The notes under the pieces are model-generated. The model saw nothing but the letters and a program-made list of their open reading frames with translations, was not told where the DNA came from and made no database searches. Positions 63,885 to 64,000 of a DNA stretch of 64,000 nt are shown one piece after another (the stretch's first letter is position 1; each line of letters starts with the position of its first letter). Both the position numbers and the translations under genes were made by a program. This DNA comes from a virus (taxonomy: Duplodnaviria > Caudoviricetes): IMG/VR virus record IMGVR_UViG_3300037762_000184, positions 19,653 through 83,652 of that record, one strand, 5' to 3'.

Positions 63885-64000
63885 TCACCAATTCAGGCAG
63901 CGCGTCGTCTGCCGCCAAGTCCGTCATCGGGAACCACGCCCCCTCTTCGGCCATGTACCAGCGCACCGCCTCTTCGTAGGTGCCGAGGTCGTCGAGGAGG

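Noticed and set aside
1-64000. Integrase, reverse transcriptase/DGR, rRNA
   Set aside because: No tyrosine/serine recombinase, RT (YxDD) or rRNA motifs recognised; they may lie outside the window.

Overview
The window is most of a high-GC tailed (siphovirus-like) bacteriophage genome; no integrase or replication gene was recognised inside it. Layout: a leftward early region of small genes with ParB-like proteins (1-6.3 kb); a divergent Cro/XRE switch followed by a TPR protein and a secreted DPDG-ending peptide (6.0-8.0 kb); two DNA methyltransferases; terminase; a minus-strand accessory island between terL and portal (18.9-23.8 kb); head genes; a glycosyltransferase/dioxygenase/cupin/methyltransferase cluster; tail genes with a canonical -1 frameshift; and a lysis/tRNA/HNH region. 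Top finding: the island holds a Cas7/RAMP-like gene and a partner gene under a sigma70-like promoter, followed by a 660-nt array of GG(C)NN pentamers split into about 12 units by GGCAGGC/GACAGG register breaks. This is a candidate RNA-guided, non-CRISPR system resembling what I recall being reported as VIPR. Also notable: a DUF559/Vsr-like endonuclease gene written antisense inside the portal-MuF intein, an RRNPP/arbitrium-like TPR plus peptide module, several structured ncRNA candidates, and degenerate tRNAs. Family calls come from motif recognition by eye, not from database searches.
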